Positions 47,235 to 58,519 of a stretch of DNA of 64,000 nt are shown here, piece by piece. The DNA is taken from the NCBI GenBank assembly GCA_001600815.1, contig BCKZ01000003.1, forward strand, positions 1,227,474 to 1,291,473, read 5' to 3'. How positions within the stretch are numbered: position 1 is the stretch's first letter; every line of letters starts with the position of its first letter. The translations under genes and the position numbers were made by a program. The notes under the pieces were generated by a model. That model was not told the origin of the DNA and ran no database searches. It saw nothing but the letters and a program-made list of their open reading frames with translations. The stretch comes from Alloascoidea hylecoeti. Taxonomy: Eukaryota.

Positions 47235-47825
47235 ATGGAAGATGGAATTCTAACGTCAATTTCTAATCTTGAAAGAAACGGGAACAATGACGTTAATTAT
47301 AAAAATATAAATTTAAATTCTTCTCCTTTTGCAACAACTAGTACTGTTAGCACCGTTTCAGCATCACGAGATAATTCACCAAGAGTACACCAGAGTTGAT
47401 AAACTTACCATCTGGTAGAATAGTTGACGATTCAGAAAGGATTCTTTTTGGGAAGTTTGTGATTGGAAAACATGCCCTCATACTTAACCTGTGAAAAGAA
47501 CAAGCTTAGTATATCCTCAAATTCGGTGCTACTGAAATATCATCGACTGCGAATTCATTGCAGTTAGATGTGTCAGATGTTAATAATGATTATAATCTAC
47601 ACCCAAACCATTTTAATCAAGAATCAGGTTTCAGAATTTCAATTTTTTCATTAAATAAATAGCAAGACTCAAATTCGGCAATCTCAAATGAAAAAAAAAA
47701 AGAAACAAAAAATTCAAAAATTTTAAAAATTCCTTTAATAATATTAAAGAAGTTAAAATTGCAAGAGAAGATACTAAAATTAATAAATATTTTGAAATAT
47801 TTACATACACATAGTTAATTGAGAA
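47235..47825 (+). pseudogene. Decayed unknown ORF 'MEDG...NNDVNYKN', copy 1
   Basis: Homologous to 62710-63046(-) and 60630-60810(-) with conservative substitutions (FKNSFNNIKEVKIAREDTKINKY versus FKNSFNNIKK.KIARDDTRIDKY); stops and frameshifts. Confidence 0.6.
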
Positions 47826-48299
47826 TGATCAACATCAATTCAGCAAATACTAATTATCAATATGCGTACCTAATCATCGTATGTTACAGCTTGCAAGTTC
47901 ACTTTAGCTAGTAGTTTTATCATTACCAAATGTGTCTAATAGCCCTATAGACTTCTATAATAGAAAAAACTAAACAAACACAGGAAATATGTGTACTCCT
48001 TAAATAATCAATTTCAATATACTAACTAGTACTGATCCAAGCTATTTTACTAATCACTTTCATCAATGACTTGATCATAAATAACTGAATCCTATTCTAC
48101 TGCTTTCACTGCAACACCAAATGTTGCCTTCGTTCCATACACACTAAGTCCTTATAAAATCTCGCCAAGACCTGAAAGCTATATGGATGTTGATAGAAAA
48201 CACTATTTATTTTCTGGTTATTATCGATATCGATCCTTCTTCTTTTCCCTTCTCTCGAACTAAATATTTTATAATTAATATTAATAACAATTATGAGAG

Positions 48300-48760
48300 T
48301 ATCAATAATTTATAAAATATATTCAACATTTTTATTAATGAATCTAATAAATTCTTTTGAATTATCACCAAAAGTATTATTATTAAGATTTTCTGATGAC
48401 GAGGTAACATTTTTATCAAGAGTTTTATTTTTCGGTATTTTAATCGGGTTTTCCTTTCATGATATTTGTGACGAATGTTCTGATAATGGAAGATGAATTT
48501 TTTTGAACGATTGAATCCCTGATTTTGGTCCTAAACCCAAACCAAAGGAATTAACAGATGAACAGTTGTGAATACAAAAAGAAATGCCGAGGGATTATCA
48601 TTTGTGTTTTATTCCACAAATATTCCAGAATATTGGAAGAAGATTGTCCGGAATGGCACTGGGTGGCTCAGGGTCGGGATCGTTGTTTTTCCGTGGGTAT
48701 TTATTAGGTAAAGTTGTTGGTGATAGATCTGCGAAGATTATTTCAGATATTTCATTACAT
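48300..48760 (-). pseudogene. Putative F-box/LRR gene remnant
   Basis: NEISEIIFADLSP nearly matches NEISEIFFSDLSP at ~59803-59845(-); catcagaaaatcttaata recurs at ~63504(+). Family call is tentative. Confidence 0.35.
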
Positions 48761-49184
48761 TAAGTTTTTTGTTTGGGCGCATGTTGTAATTGTTAAAATG
48801 GTTTCTTGTCGTGGATGTCAATGAATATTCTGGTTTTTTCCAATAGCAAGTGTGTGTGTGAAGAAAAGAAAGTAGTCAAGAAGTTTATATCAAAAGGCCG
48901 ATGTTTATTTAACACACGGCTGAACATGTGGAACCAACTATGTTCTTAATAGTATCACTTACATTTGTTCTTAATTAGGAAATTCGGGTTGTATGGGTTT
49001 AAATCTAACAAATTTATGGAAATTCAGATGAAAAAAAAGCTCTGTAATAATCGTGAAAAAAGAAGATAATAAGGGAATCTCGATCTTAATATCTAAGAAT
49101 ATAGTAAACAGTAAAATTTTAAAAAAATATTCAACGTGATTAAGATTTAATAAAACTTCCCAAAGTTACAATCGGTTAGCGCAT

Positions 49185-49330
49185 AGTGTGACGGATATTA
49201 TTTATCAGCATGGCGGAACATCTTTACATCATGTGGCCGATATTTATTGATCATCACGGCTAAATATCAACTTATCATGTGGTCGTTAATGTGTGGTTTG
49301 CATAAGTCGAATATTACTGACCGAACATTA
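49185..49330. repeat. Second degenerate ~23 bp array with the same core (catgTGGYCGAATATT)
   Basis: Cores at 49189, 49211, 49234, 49257, 49280, 49304 and 49318. Confidence 0.55.
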
Positions 49331-51275
49331 GTGTATCGTCTCAAAAGATTTATCGTGATCATGACCATATACTGTAACTACGCGGAACCAAATGAACCAA
49401 ATTTCCTCAAGTTCGTTAATATACGGGGATGTATTTCAGCAGAATTTACCCAGATTTATTCTCTGAAACTATGTCTTGCAATTGAATGCTTAAGATAAAT
49501 AGACCATTGAAATATGGTGGTGGTAATGTGGCAAGTGTAACCATGAATAATCATCATATTACATAAATCAGGAGATGAGATCTAGGCCTTTCTTTTCATT
49601 CCATTCAAAGTAAAGGTCCTACGTGAATGTATTAATATTTAAGAGGTGGTCGTGCTTTTTTAAGTTTACTTATTCTTTCTTCCGGGTAAATTTTTATTTC
49701 CAATTAATACAGTTCACAAGGGAATTTTGGAGAAATCCAAGTCTTAACATAATAATTTTCATGGATTTCCAGAAACTTTCTAAGATACATGTAGTAACTT
49801 TTTACATATATTTAACCCCCTGTGAAAACATACAAAGAGTATAACGTCTGGAGTTTCTTTTTTAGTTGCTTGAGGTTAGGGTATAATTGTGCGCATCTTT
49901 TATTCATAAATCTATACCCATACTTATTCATTACACATTCCGCCTAAAGTTACTTTCACTTTTAATTGAGTTTGTTGTTAAATTAAACTTCCAATTCATC
50001 TGCTTCATCTGCTTCCTTTACATTTTTACTACCATTATGTATTACGTAGATATTGTACTAGTAATGCTTATAGACTTATAGCTTAAGTTGGATACGGCGA
50101 GCAGATAACTATTCTGCTAGGTTTTTTAAGGTAGGCCTGATTGTTATGCTTATGTTGACCTACCTGAATAGGAATCTCAAGAATCCATGAATATTAATAT
50201 TAATATTGAAGTTTATGTCAAAATAAGATTTTATTCCCATTTCATAACTAATTACTTAGGTCTTACGATTTATGTAAAGAATTCCCCATTATTAATTCCA
50301 AGTTGCAGTACAATTGTAACATTTTTCTCCATTGTCTTATATTTGCAATGACAATTTTTTTTTCTAATATAAATATCTCACAATTTCCATTTCCAATTTT
50401 TTTTTTTTTTTTTTTTCATCATATACTCTAATAATCCCATTACAGTATAATGACTCTTTAATTGGAAAAATCTCCCTCCTTTTCTTACTTTAAACTTCAT
50501 CGATTAATATTTTTCTTTGATTACTAAATTAGTCGAATCATCGTCAATATTACCAGCCACACAATATTTCAAAATTTCTAAACTCAGCTAAAACAAGTTT
50601 AAAAAGTAAATGGGATTCATTTTATGGTAATGTTTATATATATATATTTTTAATTTCATGATCATATAAAAATCCTATATAATTATTCAATATCTAATAT
50701 CTTAATGTAGACAGAACTCGTGTCGAAGAACTTAAAAATGTCACAGCCACAGTTTATTCGAGGATTAAGCTTTTATGACTTTTTTTCCATTATAATTAAT
50801 CTTGTTTACTACACTTTTTGATTTCTGTCATCAATGTTAAAAACCATTTCGATTACAATTGCAATTGCAATTACAAAAGATAACAAATCATAGAAAAAAA
50901 TGAAATTAAATTGTAACTTGAATTTAGAGGATCATTTTTAATTCATGAGAAAAATGTAATCGGCATTAATATTTAAGTTTGAAATGGAAATGTAAATCTA
51001 GGATGTTTACATGGAATGGTATATAAGTTTAATAAGGGAAGATTAGTTAAATCTTATTGGAGATCTTGATGGTTTCTTGAAATGTTTCTTCGGTTTATAA
51101 ATTATATAAGTCAGTGGAAAATATCTAAATCTATTGAAATATCTATATTATTTACAATTTCAACTTCAAATTTGAATTAATTGAATTTTGAAACTTTCTC
51201 CTTTCTTCTTTTCTACAGCTGATCCACAGGATGCTATTCTAATATTATTGTCTCAACTTAACAACTTCTTTAAAA

Positions 51276-54200
51276 ATGGTTATGGAAAAAGATATTTGTT
51301 TATATGATGAATTATCTCCATTATACGTATACAAAACAGTTCATATTGTAACAGAACAATTGAAAAACCGAAGTATGTATCTTATCCATATAAAATTGAA
51401 AATCTTATAATTATCTAATTTACCCGAAAAATAATAGAATCTTTATTACCAAGTCATTATATACCTGACATGAAAGAATCTCATAAATCAGGTATAAAGA
51501 AATTTCTCAGAATAGCATTTCCAAAAAATGGTGAACCATTAAAAAAAGATGTTTTAATAAATGAAATTGAATTAATAAGTGATCGTGTTCTACTTGGTAG
51601 TTTAAAATGGATTTGGACAAGAATTATAAATGGTATAATACCATGGAAAATTTACGATAAATTTATTGAACATGAAAAATTAGATAATACAAATTCATTT
51701 TCTGAGATTTTACATATTTTAACAACAAGAGATTCAATTATGTTAATTTATGATTTTTTCAGTCTTTTATATTCAGCAATATCAAATAATAAATTAAAAA
51801 TTAAAAATACAATTCATGGATTTGATTTAGTTTATTTATCAGGAATTTGGGCATTTCAAATGCCTTATAAACAACATCATGATCAAAATTATAAAAAATC
51901 ATTATCATTTACAGAATCAATAAAATTATGGAATAAATCAGGTCTTGCAACATATCATTTATTTTTATCATATATTAAAGAAATTAATGATATTGGTTGT
52001 TTTATTCAAGATAGAAGAAGATCATTACAATTACCTTTTGAAAATGATTATAATTTAGATTTAAATTTACCTGATGTAATTGAATATCCACCAAAAACGA
52101 TTAAAAATGTTAAATTTCATAGTGCTTTAATAACATTATTAGAAGTTGATTCATATTCAAAAAGTTTAAGTACAACATTAATGAGATTTTCTCATTTAAA
52201 TAAAGAAAAGCATAGCAAATCTTTATATCATTTACAAAATCATGAAAGAGAAATTGCATTTGAACTTTTATCAGCCCCAGAAAATATGTATTCTAAACTA
52301 ACTGAAGATTCCAGAGCATTAATAGAAAGATTGAGTAATGAAGAAAAACAAGATTTAAAAAGTTTAAATTTTAAAGAGTTAAATGTAAGTGATAATAATT
52401 CAAAATGGAGTGTTGATCATTTAAGAGGAGTTATTTCTCGAACAGACATTCATCGAACATTTAATAATAATAAAGACATGGATTCAATAACTTCAACCGA
52501 TAGTATTGGTTGTAAATATCAAAATTATCAAGAGAATACATCAAATTATAATATTGTTTCAACGGGCGTATTACCATCCACTAAATATAGAGATTTGGGA
52601 GCCAAAAACAGATCAACCAAAGCCGATAAACCACGGATTGATAAAATAACGCCTCCAAATGATTTTTTAATTTCTAAATTAACAATTACACAATTTTTAA
52701 TATATGCTTGGTTATGTATAACTTCTGAAAATCAAGAACTTGAATTAAATTATTCAATTGTACCAACAGTTATTGCAGAATTAGATAAATATGAAATCAA
52801 TTCAACATTAGATAAATGGTTAATTATTGAAGAAGTTAAAATAAAAAATAATAATAACTCACAAAATTTAATGTATAAAGATGGTTTCAGAGATATAGTG
52901 ACACAAACAGATGAAAAAAGTTCTAGCGTTTATGCATCACATGTAAGGCATAATAGGTCTCGAGCTCGAACTTATAATGGAATGTTATCAATTTCAAAAA
53001 AAAAATCTATTGATGATTTATATAAACCTATTAATTACGATAATTTAAAAAATGATGATGGGATTTCTTTAAATTTTGAAAATTTGATTTCAACTCCAAT
53101 AAAAAATATTGATATTGAAATTGATACTGATAATCCAAGTGATAATTCATTATATAGTTTTGATTCTGATTCAGAAATTAATTTTAAATCTTCTAAATTT
53201 AAATCTAAATCTCAAACAGAACTAGATAATATTATTAATATGGGTACATTTTCATATAAAGTACCAATTAGTTCACAACATAAAAGACCATTATCAACAA
53301 CATTAATTGATAATTACAATTATAATCCTAATCATGATCAAGAAAATGAATTAGATGATCAATATCCATCATCATCATTATCTGAATTACATTTATTTAA
53401 ACCAAATCCAATTTGGTCTTCATATCAAAGACGTCAAGTGAATTTCTTACCTCACGATCGAATGAAAGAAGATCAAGATCAAGATCGGAGTCCTATAATA
53501 ATCCCTTCATCAACAAATTTAAATCTAAAAATAAATGAAACCAGAGCAACAAGACAATCTTTTTTTAAAAAGCCAACGTTAACATTACCAATTACAGATT
53601 TAGATTCAGATTCATCTTCATCTTCAATAAATTCATCATCAATTGTTAAAAGTCAAACTTTATCGAATGTTCATAAATATATAATGACACCAGATGGAAA
53701 TATATCAAGACAAATCATTAATAATAATAATAATAATGAACGACAAGAACAACATTTTAAGAATATATATGAACATGGAAATAAAAGAAAACATCATTCA
53801 AATTTATTTAAAAGATTATCACAAAAATCATTACTTCGAAAAGCATTTAAACCAAAAGATTCAAATTTAAATTCAAATTCAATTAATTATTCAACATTTT
53901 CAACTCCAACTTTTAAATCTCCAGATGTTAATACTTTAACTTCAACATCAACAAATCATCAAACAATAAATTATAATGATAATGAAGGAAAAGTATGGGT
54001 TTGTGAGAGTAAATTCCCAAGTGGTAAAGTTGTCTTAAGACAAATGTCTAGCCCTGAAGCAAATGAAATATCATCAAGACATAATAAATCAAAATCAAAA
54101 TCAAAACATCTTGATACATTCCATAGTAAGAATGTTTCTGAATATATTCCATCGAATAAACAAAGTACTTCAGGTAATCGAGTTAGATGTAATAGTTTAC

Positions 54201-54619
54201 CTGAATCTAAATTCTTATCTCAGTCTCAGTCTCAACCAAAGACAGATTCAGAAACAAGGAGAGAAAGAGAAACAGAAACAGAACATTCTATTTGCAATTG
54301 CAATTCAAATTCAAATTTAAATTTAAATTTAAATTTAAATTTAAATTCAAATTCTCATTCCCATTCTTATTCTCATTCTCATTCCAATTACAATTCTAAT
54401 TTATCACCTACTTCAAGAGATAAAGTAATTCATGTTTCAAATAAAGTAGATCGTGGAATAAACACCGAACATAATCCAACCCAACATAATGAAATTAATC
54501 ATCGTCGAAGACGTTCATCATTATTTTCATTTATGAGGAGTGATTCAAATCCAACAACTCCACCAACTCCATCATTCCCACGAACAACACAAACAACACA
54601 AATAATACAAAATGATAAT

Positions 54620-54656
<37 letters not shown>

Positions 54657-55030
54657 TGATTCAGTCACATTCACGAAGTAAATCTAAATCTAAATCAAAT
54701 AGATTTAGTTTCAAACATCGTAAAAATAAAAGTCATTTTAATAATAATAATGATAATGATATTCTTGAAAACATACCTGCAGTATCTCCATATCCTTCAA
54801 CATTTAATGAAACACCAAGTACTATAATATCAATGACTGAATCAAATACAACTTGTGGAACAACTAGTGATAATATAAATGGAGTAATACAAAGACATAA
54901 TTATTCAAGAATAATATTTACACCAGAAAGAAGGTTTTTATTTAAAAAATGGGGTAATGAAAATCAAATACCTGAAGCAATTGTACATTATGCTCCTGAT
55001 CATCCATTATCTAGGCAACAACAAAAATAA
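51276..55030 (+). CDS. MSB1: Msb1/DUF1708-like protein, divergent, with long low-complexity C-terminus; join(51276..51372, 51438..55030)
   Basis: Exon 1 encodes YKTVHIVTEQLKNR; 65-nt intron GTATGT...CTAAT...TAG; LGSLKWIWTRI.NGIIPWKIY..F, LSGIWAF, ATYHLFLSYI, FLIYAWL. Confidence 0.6.
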
Positions 55031-55526
55031 ACAATTGCAAAATATCAATTAATATTCATTTTTTTATAATACTTTATTTAAATTATTTAATATATCAATT
55101 AAGTTCTTTTGGATTTTAAATTTATTCTTGTTTTTCGTTTTATTTTTGTATATTATGATTTTTCTAACGGCTTTTATAAAAAAAAAAAAAAAAAAAAAAA
55201 AGATAACTAAAATGGCACAATTCAATTTTAATGATAGTTTTATTTATATTTATATTTTATTTTATTTTTATATAAACTGTATATGGGTTATAAAATATTC
55301 ACTTCTTTAAAAATTTAAAAGGATCCGGAAACAAAAAAGAACAAACACAAACACAAACAAAAAAAAAAAAAAAAAAAAAAAATTATTTATAGAGATATGT
55401 GTGTATTATACTATTATATAAGTAATCAAGAGACTAAAAACTATATACCGATATTGTTGTCAATTGAATTGTTAATATTAAAGAAAAGAGTGAATAAAGT
55501 CATAATTTATCATATTTAAATCATAA

Positions 55527-56558
55527 TTATTTCCAAAACCAACCATTAGAACCTTTATCATTACCATCATTATTACCCTTATTATTAATATTTTCATTAT
55601 CAAAATTATAATTATAATCTAAAAGATTATTTGAATTTGAATTTGAATTAGAATTATTTGTTGTTGGTGGTTTAGTTTTAATATTTTCAAATGTTTTTGA
55701 AGTACCATCAGGATAATATTCTTTTTTAATTTCTTTAATTTTTTCAGTTCCATCATTTAAAAATTCAGAAGTAATTATAGTTGATGAACCCCAAGATTTA
55801 AAAGTAGTATGTTCATGTTCATGTTCATTTATTTGTTTAGATATTTCTGATTGTGATTGTGTTAATGATTTTGATTGTAATTGTTGTGATTTTGATAATT
55901 TCTTCATTGTATATTTCCAATCTAATAATTCTTCGTAATTTGGAAATAAAAATTTTCCATATTGATCCTTTTCATTAATATTTAAATTTGAATTTGAATT
56001 TGAATTTGAATTTGGAAATAAACATCTCCAAACACCAGATCTATCCCATAAACCAGTACCATTTAATTCTTTACAATTATTATACCATTTTTCAGAAGGA
56101 ACAGGATAAGCCCATAAGATACCATTTTTATTACCTTCTCTAACAATATTTCTGAATCTTTTTTTAAAAAATGGAAATCTTCTTTTATCATGATCATGAT
56201 CATGATCATGATCATCATTAAAAGTGAAAGGTGATTTTGAATGATTAAAACATGGAGTGAAATTTGAATCAGCTTCACTAGTGTCCTCAATAGTATTAAA
56301 TTTTTCTTCAAACTTGTCCAGTTCCTTATTAATTTTATCTAAACCAGTACGGCTCCAATCAACAACTTTCCCAACAGTATCAGAAGAACCATTTATAGTA
56401 GTATTGATAGAGCCAAAGATTGAATCAATAGCATTATGGACCGCTTGCTGAGAGCGTTGCATGGATGATTCGATCTCGCGCATTTGACGATCGATATCCT
56501 GATCATCTGGGGAGTCTAAGGAAGTCTCCTTCTTGGAGTTATCGTCAGGCCAAGTCAT
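55527..56558 (-). CDS. MPM1: Mitochondrial peculiar membrane protein 1-like
   Basis: LWAYPVPS..WY..C....G..LWD..G.WRCLFP, LFPNYEELLDWK, C-terminal GWFWK. ATG at 56558. Confidence 0.75.
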   Translation of the reverse strand: MTWPDDNSKKETSLDSPDDQDIDRQMREIESSMQRSQQAVHNAIDSIFGSINTTINGSSDTVGKVVDWSRTGLDKINKELDKFEEKFNTIEDTSEADSNFTPCFNHSKSPFTFNDDHDHDHDHDKRRFPFFKKRFRNIVREGNKNGILWAYPVPSEKWYNNCKELNGTGLWDRSGVWRCLFPNSNSNSNSNLNINEKDQYGKFLFPNYEELLDWKYTMKKLSKSQQLQSKSLTQSQSEISKQINEHEHEHTTFKSWGSSTIITSEFLNDGTEKIKEIKKEYYPDGTSKTFENIKTKPPTTNNSNSNSNSNNLLDYNYNFDNENINNKGNNDGNDKGSNGWFWK

Positions 56559-56678
56559 TTTGAATACGCAGCAGAAGAGATGGGGATGGAGGTTTGCCAC
56601 CAGAACGCAGACGGTGCGCGTCACGTGCAGGTATACAGGGTAAAAGAAGTCACAGTGATATTATAATATAGGACTATA

Positions 56679-57124
56679 CTATTCGTCGTCGTCGTGGAAG
56701 AAGCGGGTGAAGACGATGATGGACGCGTAGACCGTGAAGCCGCCGGCCGTGGCCAGGAACATGGCGGGCACGGAGATGAGGGCGCCGTGGGCCAGGACCA
56801 GGGGAAGGGCTGTTACGCGTCGTTAGCTAGGCGCACACGGGCAGCGGAGAGCGGAGCACACTTACCTATGCCACTCACGACCAGAAACGCGGACAGATGC
56901 CGCCCCAAATCCTGCGCCGTGCTGTTTTGCGGGTCCCCCAGGAAGTCGTCCTGCTGGCTGTACTGGCCTGCGATGGCGTTGGGGAGGGGGGCCACCAGAA
57001 ACACCCCCACGACCGTCAGGGGCAGCCAGTTGCCGAACAGCGCGCACGACAGGATGATCAGCAGAAAGCCCGCAGCCAAAACACACGACAGCACGATTAT
57101 CTTGGACAAACCACCAACCGCCAT
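56679..57124 (-). CDS. VPS55: Vps55/LEPROT endosomal membrane protein (129 aa); join(57124..56866, 56809..56679)
   Basis: KIIVLSCVLAAGFLLIILSCAL..NWLPL...APLPN; 56-nt intron GTAAGT...GCTAAC...CAG; exon 2 encodes ALPLVLAH...RFFHDDDE*. Confidence 0.93.
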
Positions 57125-57192
57125 TGTTGTTTGTTGTTTGTTGGTTTGTTTGTTGGTTGGTTGGTTGGCGTGGGCGAGCTGCCTGTCTGGTG

Positions 57193-57293
57193 GTCACGTG
57201 GCCATGCCTTGGTCATGTGATCATGTTTAGTCACGTGGCCATGTTTTAGTCACGTGGCCATGTTTAGTCACGTGCTTGAAATATGGCCACGTG

Positions 57294-57295
<2 letters not shown>
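57193..57295. promoter_or_regulatory. Tandem array of GTCACGTG E-boxes (Cbf1/bHLH-type) in the VPS55-PPT1 divergent promoter
   Basis: GTCACGTG at 57193, 57230, 57249 and 57267, inverted at 57288, variant GTCATGTG at 57212; spacing 18-21 bp. Confidence 0.75.
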
Positions 57296-57324
<29 letters not shown>

Positions 57325-57371
57325 NNNNNNNNNNNNNNNNNNNNNNNNNNNNNNNNNNNNNNNNCCCCCCC
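57295..57371. repeat. Poly-C/poly-G tract spanning an assembly gap
   Basis: 30 C, then 39 N, then 8 C. Confidence 0.9.
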
Positions 57372-57418
57372 ACCTCGTTTCCGCATAATAATCAGCACCG
57401 TATTGGCAGCTGAGGAGC

Positions 57419-58446
57419 ATGTTTTCCTTCCTATCTTGCCCGCTTGCCTGTATCGCTCATGCCTTGCTCGCTCATGTCTGGCTCGTTCACGCCTTGCCGC
57501 GCCCGGTGGTCATATGGCACGGAATGGGCGACTTCTACTCCTCGGAAGGTATAGCCCGTCATACAAAAATCATACAAGATATCTTCCCAGGAATCTTTGT
57601 TCACTCCATTTATATAAATGAAGATGAATCAAACGACCAAAGAAGTTCAATATTTGGAAATATAAATGATCAAATCGAAATAGTTAATCGGCAACTTTTG
57701 AATATACCTGAATTGAAGAATGGTTTTGATGCAATTGGCTTTTCACAAGGTGGTTTATTTTTAAGAGCTTATATTGAAAGATTTAATAGTCCTTCAATTA
57801 AAAATTTAATCACTTTTGGTTCTCCTCATAATGGAATTTCTGATCTTCCTGGTTGTGCTCCAAATGATTGGTTATGTAAAAAAAGAAATGCTATTTTGAA
57901 AAATCAAGTTTGGTCGAATTATGCCCAAAATCATGTATTATCTGCTCAATATTTTAGGGTATGTATACGTATACAAACATCATGTTTATGAATTTTTGCT
58001 AACTTTTTTTTTTTTTTTTTTTTTCGTTTTAGGACCCCGAGGATTATGATAGTTACCTTGAATATTCCACATTCCTAGTACATATAAACAACGAAAAATC
58101 AGAATCATATAATGAAACATATAAACAAAACCTATCATCAATTGAAAAATTAATATTAATTATGTTTTTAAATGATGAAACAGTTATACCAAAACAAAGT
58201 TCTTTTTTTGAAGAATATAATAAAACAACTGGAATAACAATACCATTAAATAAAACAAATATCTATATAAATGATTTAATTGGTTTAAAATCATTATATG
58301 ATAATAATAAAATTATTAATTTAATTACAAATGGTGAACATATGGAAATTTCTGATGATTTTTTTATTAAAGTTGTTAATGAATATTTAGGTACTGAATT
58401 AGAATTGGAATCATCATCATTGTTGATTGATCAATATAATCTTTAA
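57419..58446 (+). CDS. PPT1: Palmitoyl-protein thioesterase 1 (metazoan PPT1 / S. pombe Pdf1 N-domain type; not the yeast phosphatase Ppt1); join(57419..57958, 58033..58446)
   Basis: Signal peptide, PVVIWHGMGD, nucleophile GFSQGG, LITFGSPHNG, AQYFR|DP across a 74-nt intron (GTATGT...GCTAAC...TAG), NDETVIP and GEHM triad residues. Confidence 0.9.
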
Positions 58447-58519
58447 TTATTATTGAAAATTTTCATTTTTATATATATCTGACTTTTATTTTTAACTCGA
58501 TTAGGATATATCTTGATAT

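Noticed and set aside
56694..57230. Overlapping 107-178 aa ORFs over VPS55
   Set aside because: Stop-codon depletion in GC-rich DNA; no recognisable motifs.
57193..57371. Point centromere (CDEI = RTCACRTG)
   Set aside because: Sites are multiple and followed by poly-C rather than an AT-rich CDEII and a CCG-containing CDEIII; the location is a short divergent promoter.
56440..57600. Horizontally transferred GC-rich island
   Set aside because: The GC gradient passes through the MPM1 and PPT1 reading frames, and the genes are ordinary intron-containing fungal genes.
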